Source of the DNA: Candidatus Peregrinibacteria bacterium CG11_big_fil_rev_8_21_14_0_20_49_14
Lineage (GTDB): Bacteria > Patescibacteriota > Gracilibacteria > Peribacterales > Peribacteraceae
DNA: 64,000 bases
NCBI GenBank assembly: GCA_002787035.1
Contig: PCVP01000034.1
Coordinates: forward strand, 15,902 to 79,901
Direction: 5' to 3'
How positions within the stretch are numbered: position 1 is the first letter of the stretch; every line of letters starts with the position of its first letter. A program made the position numbers and the translations under genes. Shown piece after piece: positions 61,610-64,000 of the stretch. Below the pieces are notes generated by a model. That model was not told where the DNA came from. It did no database searches and was given only the letters and a program-made list of their open reading frames with translations.

Positions 61610-63013
61610 TCACACGCAACAACTCAGCTTCGAGATATCCCTCGTGAAGGATAGTGCAACGATCTTGATCGATTCCGCCAGTGTTGGGAACATAGGAAGT
61701 GAACCTGTCACATCATCAATCGTGTTCTTGTTCCGAATCAGAATCATCGCTTCGGCGATCAGTTCTCCTGCATGGGGCGCGAGGATGTGGACACCGACAA
61801 TCCGCTTCGTCTCAGGGTCAATGATCATCTTGATCATACCCTCTGTCCGCCGCAGGATCATCGCCTTCGGCACGTCGGCGAAGTTGAGCGCGCGGCAGTC
61901 ACAGCGACCGGTCTCCTTGATGTATTCCTCCTCTGTGTAACCCACCCCCGCCAGCTCTGGATCGGTGAAGATCGTGTAGGGAACGGTATGATAGTCGATA
62001 CTCTTCTCCGAAATCGTGAGTGCATTCTCCGCTGCGAGCGTTCCTTCGTTTCCTGCTGTCGGCTCCAGACGCAGGGGGAGGTTGGTGACATCTCCCACTG
62101 CATAGATATGAGACTGCGTAGTTTGGAGGATTGGCTTTGTCACGATGGCCTTCTTCTTGTCCGTCTCCACCCCCGCTTTCTCCAAAGCCAAATCTGCTGT
62201 GTTCGGCGTCTTTCCGATGGCAAGGAGGATTTCGTCACCTGCGAGTTCCTCCTGCTTGCCTGCAACAGTGTAGGCGAGCATCTTCTTGTTTCCCTCCTTG
62301 TGTGCGCTCTTCACCTCGGCATTAAGGATGATCCCGATCCCTTCCTTTCTGAGCACTTCCTGCAATCGTTCCACCACAACCTTCTCGCCCAGGCGGAAGA
62401 TACTTCCGCTATGTTGGAGGATCGTGACCTTCGTGCCGAAACGGGCGAACATTTGTGCGAACTCCAACCCCACCGCCCCTGCCCCGACGACGATGAGTTC
62501 TTTCGGTTGTTTCGGTAGTTTGAGAGCCTCGACATGCGTCACGTAGCCCACCTCACGGATACCTTCAATCGGCGGAACGGTCGCGGTAGAGCCGGTGGCG
62601 ATGATGAACTTCTCTCCCCGTAGAGTTTCCCCATTGAGCTCCACTTCGTGCGGTGAGACAAAACGGGCTTTCCCGTCGAAGAATGTGACATGCTCTAGGT
62701 GCTTCAATACTTTCTGGTATTTCTCCTCCTGCATCCGTTTGACGAGTGAGAGTTCATCTTGCACGACCTTCTGGAAATCAAATCGCTTGATAGAAAGCTC
62801 GATACCGGGGATGCCGTGGTTCCGCGCTTGGTGGAGAACTGCTCCCGCATGAATGAGGGTCTTGCTCGGTACGCAGCCCACGTTCACGCACGTACCTCCA
62901 AGTGGAAGACCCTTGTTGATCATCGCGGTCTTGGCGTTCAGTTCATCAGCACGAATCGCTGCGCCGAAGGCTCCCGCGCCGCCACCGATGATGATGAGGT
63001 CGAAAGTTTGCAT
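61610..63013 (-). CDS. merA: Mercuric reductase core (no N-terminal metal-binding domain)
   Basis: It has the FAD motif IIIGGGAGAFGAA and the redox-active GGTCVNVGCVPSK. The C-terminal vicinal pair DISKLSCCV is characteristic of MerA rather than generic disulfide reductases. The protein is 467 aa. Confidence 0.85.
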   Translation of the reverse strand: MQTFDLIIIGGGAGAFGAAIRADELNAKTAMINKGLPLGGTCVNVGCVPSKTLIHAGAVLHQARNHGIPGIELSIKRFDFQKVVQDELSLVKRMQEEKYQKVLKHLEHVTFFDGKARFVSPHEVELNGETLRGEKFIIATGSTATVPPIEGIREVGYVTHVEALKLPKQPKELIVVGAGAVGLEFAQMFARFGTKVTILQHSGSIFRLGEKVVVERLQEVLRKEGIGIILNAEVKSAHKEGNKKMLAYTVAGKQEELAGDEILLAIGKTPNTADLALEKAGVETDKKKAIVTKPILQTTQSHIYAVGDVTNLPLRLEPTAGNEGTLAAENALTISEKSIDYHTVPYTIFTDPELAGVGYTEEEYIKETGRCDCRALNFADVPKAMILRRTEGMIKMIIDPETKRIVGVHILAPHAGELIAEAMILIRNKNTIDDVTGSLPMFPTLAESIKIVALSFTRDISKLSCCV

Positions 63014-63016
63014 AGA

Positions 63017-63523
63017 TCAGCGGAAGGTACGACCGATGCTTTTTGCGGTCAGCATGATGAATAAAACTGAAAGGACTATGATTGCCCACACGATGTACCA
63101 GCGGTAATCGAGGAGCGCGAAGGCAACGGCACTCCCAATACCAATGAATCCTAGGACACCCACGATGCACGATGAACACGCTGCTGTTGCAAGAAGACCA
63201 GCGAAGGCAGTCCCGACAACACCCGTACTGCCCATGCCGACCATCGATGCCGTATTTGTGTGACAAGCCTTTCCGCATCGTCTGCGTTCAAGTTGGAGAA
63301 TAATGACTAGACTCAGGAGCGACGAAAGCAAAAGGAGGATGGCAACATCCGTCCCTCGAGTGATGGAAAGCTGGAATGCAAGACTATTACCCTGAATGGT
63401 GAGGATGGGAGTCGAGAAGAGAATGAGGAACATGAGCAAGGTGAGACCGAGGAAGAGAAACTTCCTCCTCGTGGAACGGAGTGCTTGGCCAATGCCATTG
63501 ATGATGAGATACAGTGTGTGCAC
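63017..63523 (-). CDS. Four-TM membrane protein with CxxxC and CxxC motifs, function unknown
   Basis: 168 aa. A loop carries RRRCGKACH and a TM carries LLATAACSSCIVGVLG. It is packed between the merF-like gene and merA, with 3-4 nt gaps. Confidence 0.6.
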   Translation of the reverse strand: MHTLYLIINGIGQALRSTRRKFLFLGLTLLMFLILFSTPILTIQGNSLAFQLSITRGTDVAILLLLSSLLSLVIILQLERRRCGKACHTNTASMVGMGSTGVVGTAFAGLLATAACSSCIVGVLGFIGIGSAVAFALLDYRWYIVWAIIVLSVLFIMLTAKSIGRTFR

Positions 63524-63527
63524 GGGA

Positions 63528-63743
63528 TCAGGAATAATGCTTCCACTTCCTGTAGGCGAGGATTGTCACGAGGAAGAGAAGGACGAGCGTAGGCCACAGC
63601 ACATAATCCAGATACGGTGTAAGCGCACTCAAACCAACTGTTCCGAGGGTGACGACAAGGATGGAAGTGAAGCAGCAGATGGCAATTGCGACAGTGCCAA
63701 TGGCAGCCGCAGAGAAACCTTGTTTGGACGGTTGTCGGTTCAT
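63528..63743 (-). CDS. merF: MerF-like two-TM mercury transporter
   Basis: 71 aa. AICCFTSILVVTLGTVGLSALTPYLDYVLWPTL closely follows the MerF pattern as I recall it (CCFTPVLVILLGVVGLSALTGYLDYVLLPAL). The C-terminal second Cys pair is absent. Confidence 0.75.
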   Translation of the reverse strand: MNRQPSKQGFSAAAIGTVAIAICCFTSILVVTLGTVGLSALTPYLDYVLWPTLVLLFLVTILAYRKWKHYS

Positions 63744-63991
63744 CGAGATGGCAGGAGTGCTTCAGCCTCCTGCTCCGTGAGCTTTCCGACGTGCACGGTC
63801 TTGCCGTCACGAATGACGGTGGGCACCGCTTTCACGTCGTGGCTCTTTGCAGGCTCGCAGCACTCATCGCCTTGGCAACGATGCTCGACGACCTTGCAGC
63901 CGCATCCTCGCTTTTCGATGGCGGAGCGCAGTGTCTTGAGAGTTGTCCTGCACAGAGAACAGTCGGCGGAGATGACATCGAAGGTGGTCAT
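63740..63991 (-). CDS. Small thioredoxin/glutaredoxin-like protein (Thioredoxin_3-type)
   Basis: 83 aa with an N-terminal CSLC, extra Cys (GCGC, CQGDECC) and a cis-Pro region (KAVPTVIRDGKTVHVG). An ATGA overlap couples it to the merF-like gene. Confidence 0.7.
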   Translation of the reverse strand: MTTFDVISADCSLCRTTLKTLRSAIEKRGCGCKVVEHRCQGDECCEPAKSHDVKAVPTVIRDGKTVHVGKLTEQEAEALLPSR

Positions 63992-64000
63992 AGAAAAGGG

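Noticed and set aside
1-64000. Alternative genetic code (for example UGA recoding, as in some candidate phyla)
   Set aside because: Recognised genes are full-length and uninterrupted under the standard code. TGA is used as a genuine stop, for example in the ATGA overlaps at 8280, 10028, 42845 and 58860.
1-64000. CRISPR arrays, rRNA/tRNA genes, integrases and transposases
   Set aside because: By eye I found no regularly spaced direct repeats, no rRNA-like conserved stretches and no recombinase or transposase-like ORFs. tRNAs cannot be excluded without tRNAscan-SE or ARAGORN. The 55-64 kb block is therefore not called a mobile element.

Overview
This 64-kb window is densely coding under the standard genetic code. 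TGA, TAA and TAG all act as stops, and many gene pairs overlap as ATGA. The gene content points to a small-genome, fermentative, probably uncultivated bacterium: A/V-type ATPase, ADP-forming acetyl-CoA synthetase, a flavodoxin plus 2-oxoacid:ferredoxin oxidoreductase operon, a TrmB-type regulator, an ECF sigma with a long FecR-type anti-sigma, and many orphan proteins. A Patescibacteria/CPR-like placement is inference only.

I support about 80 coding regions.
- Housekeeping genes: trmD, gpmI, guaA, efp, gatB, def, nth, thyA-folA, folE-folK-folB, secD, rlmD-like, rlmH.
- Cell-envelope and glycan genes: GT2, TagA-like, 2-epimerase, O-antigen ligase, NDP-sugar transferase, a truncated phosphoglycosyl transferase.
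- Extracytoplasmic thiol-redox modules: two are present.

The most unusual parts are listed below.
1. A G+C-richer right-hand block (about 55.2-64 kb) combines a mer-type operon (thioredoxin-like, MerF-like, unknown Cys membrane protein, MerA) with CcdA, thioredoxin lipoproteins, a Met-rich secreted protein, MerT-like proteins and an unannotated 48-aa Cys-rich metallothionein-like ORF. It sits next to a truncated PBP gene.
2. SecD carries an embedded parvulin PPIase domain.
3. An AT-rich GIY-YIG fusion gene may be a defence nuclease.
4. Two strongly structured intergenic elements are candidate ncRNAs.
5. The gatB 3' end is duplicated.
6. The folB/folK junction lacks a canonical folK start.
7. 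Several orphan operons are present, including tandem Cys/His-rich paralogs.

I recognised no rRNA, tRNA, CRISPR array, integrase or transposase by eye.
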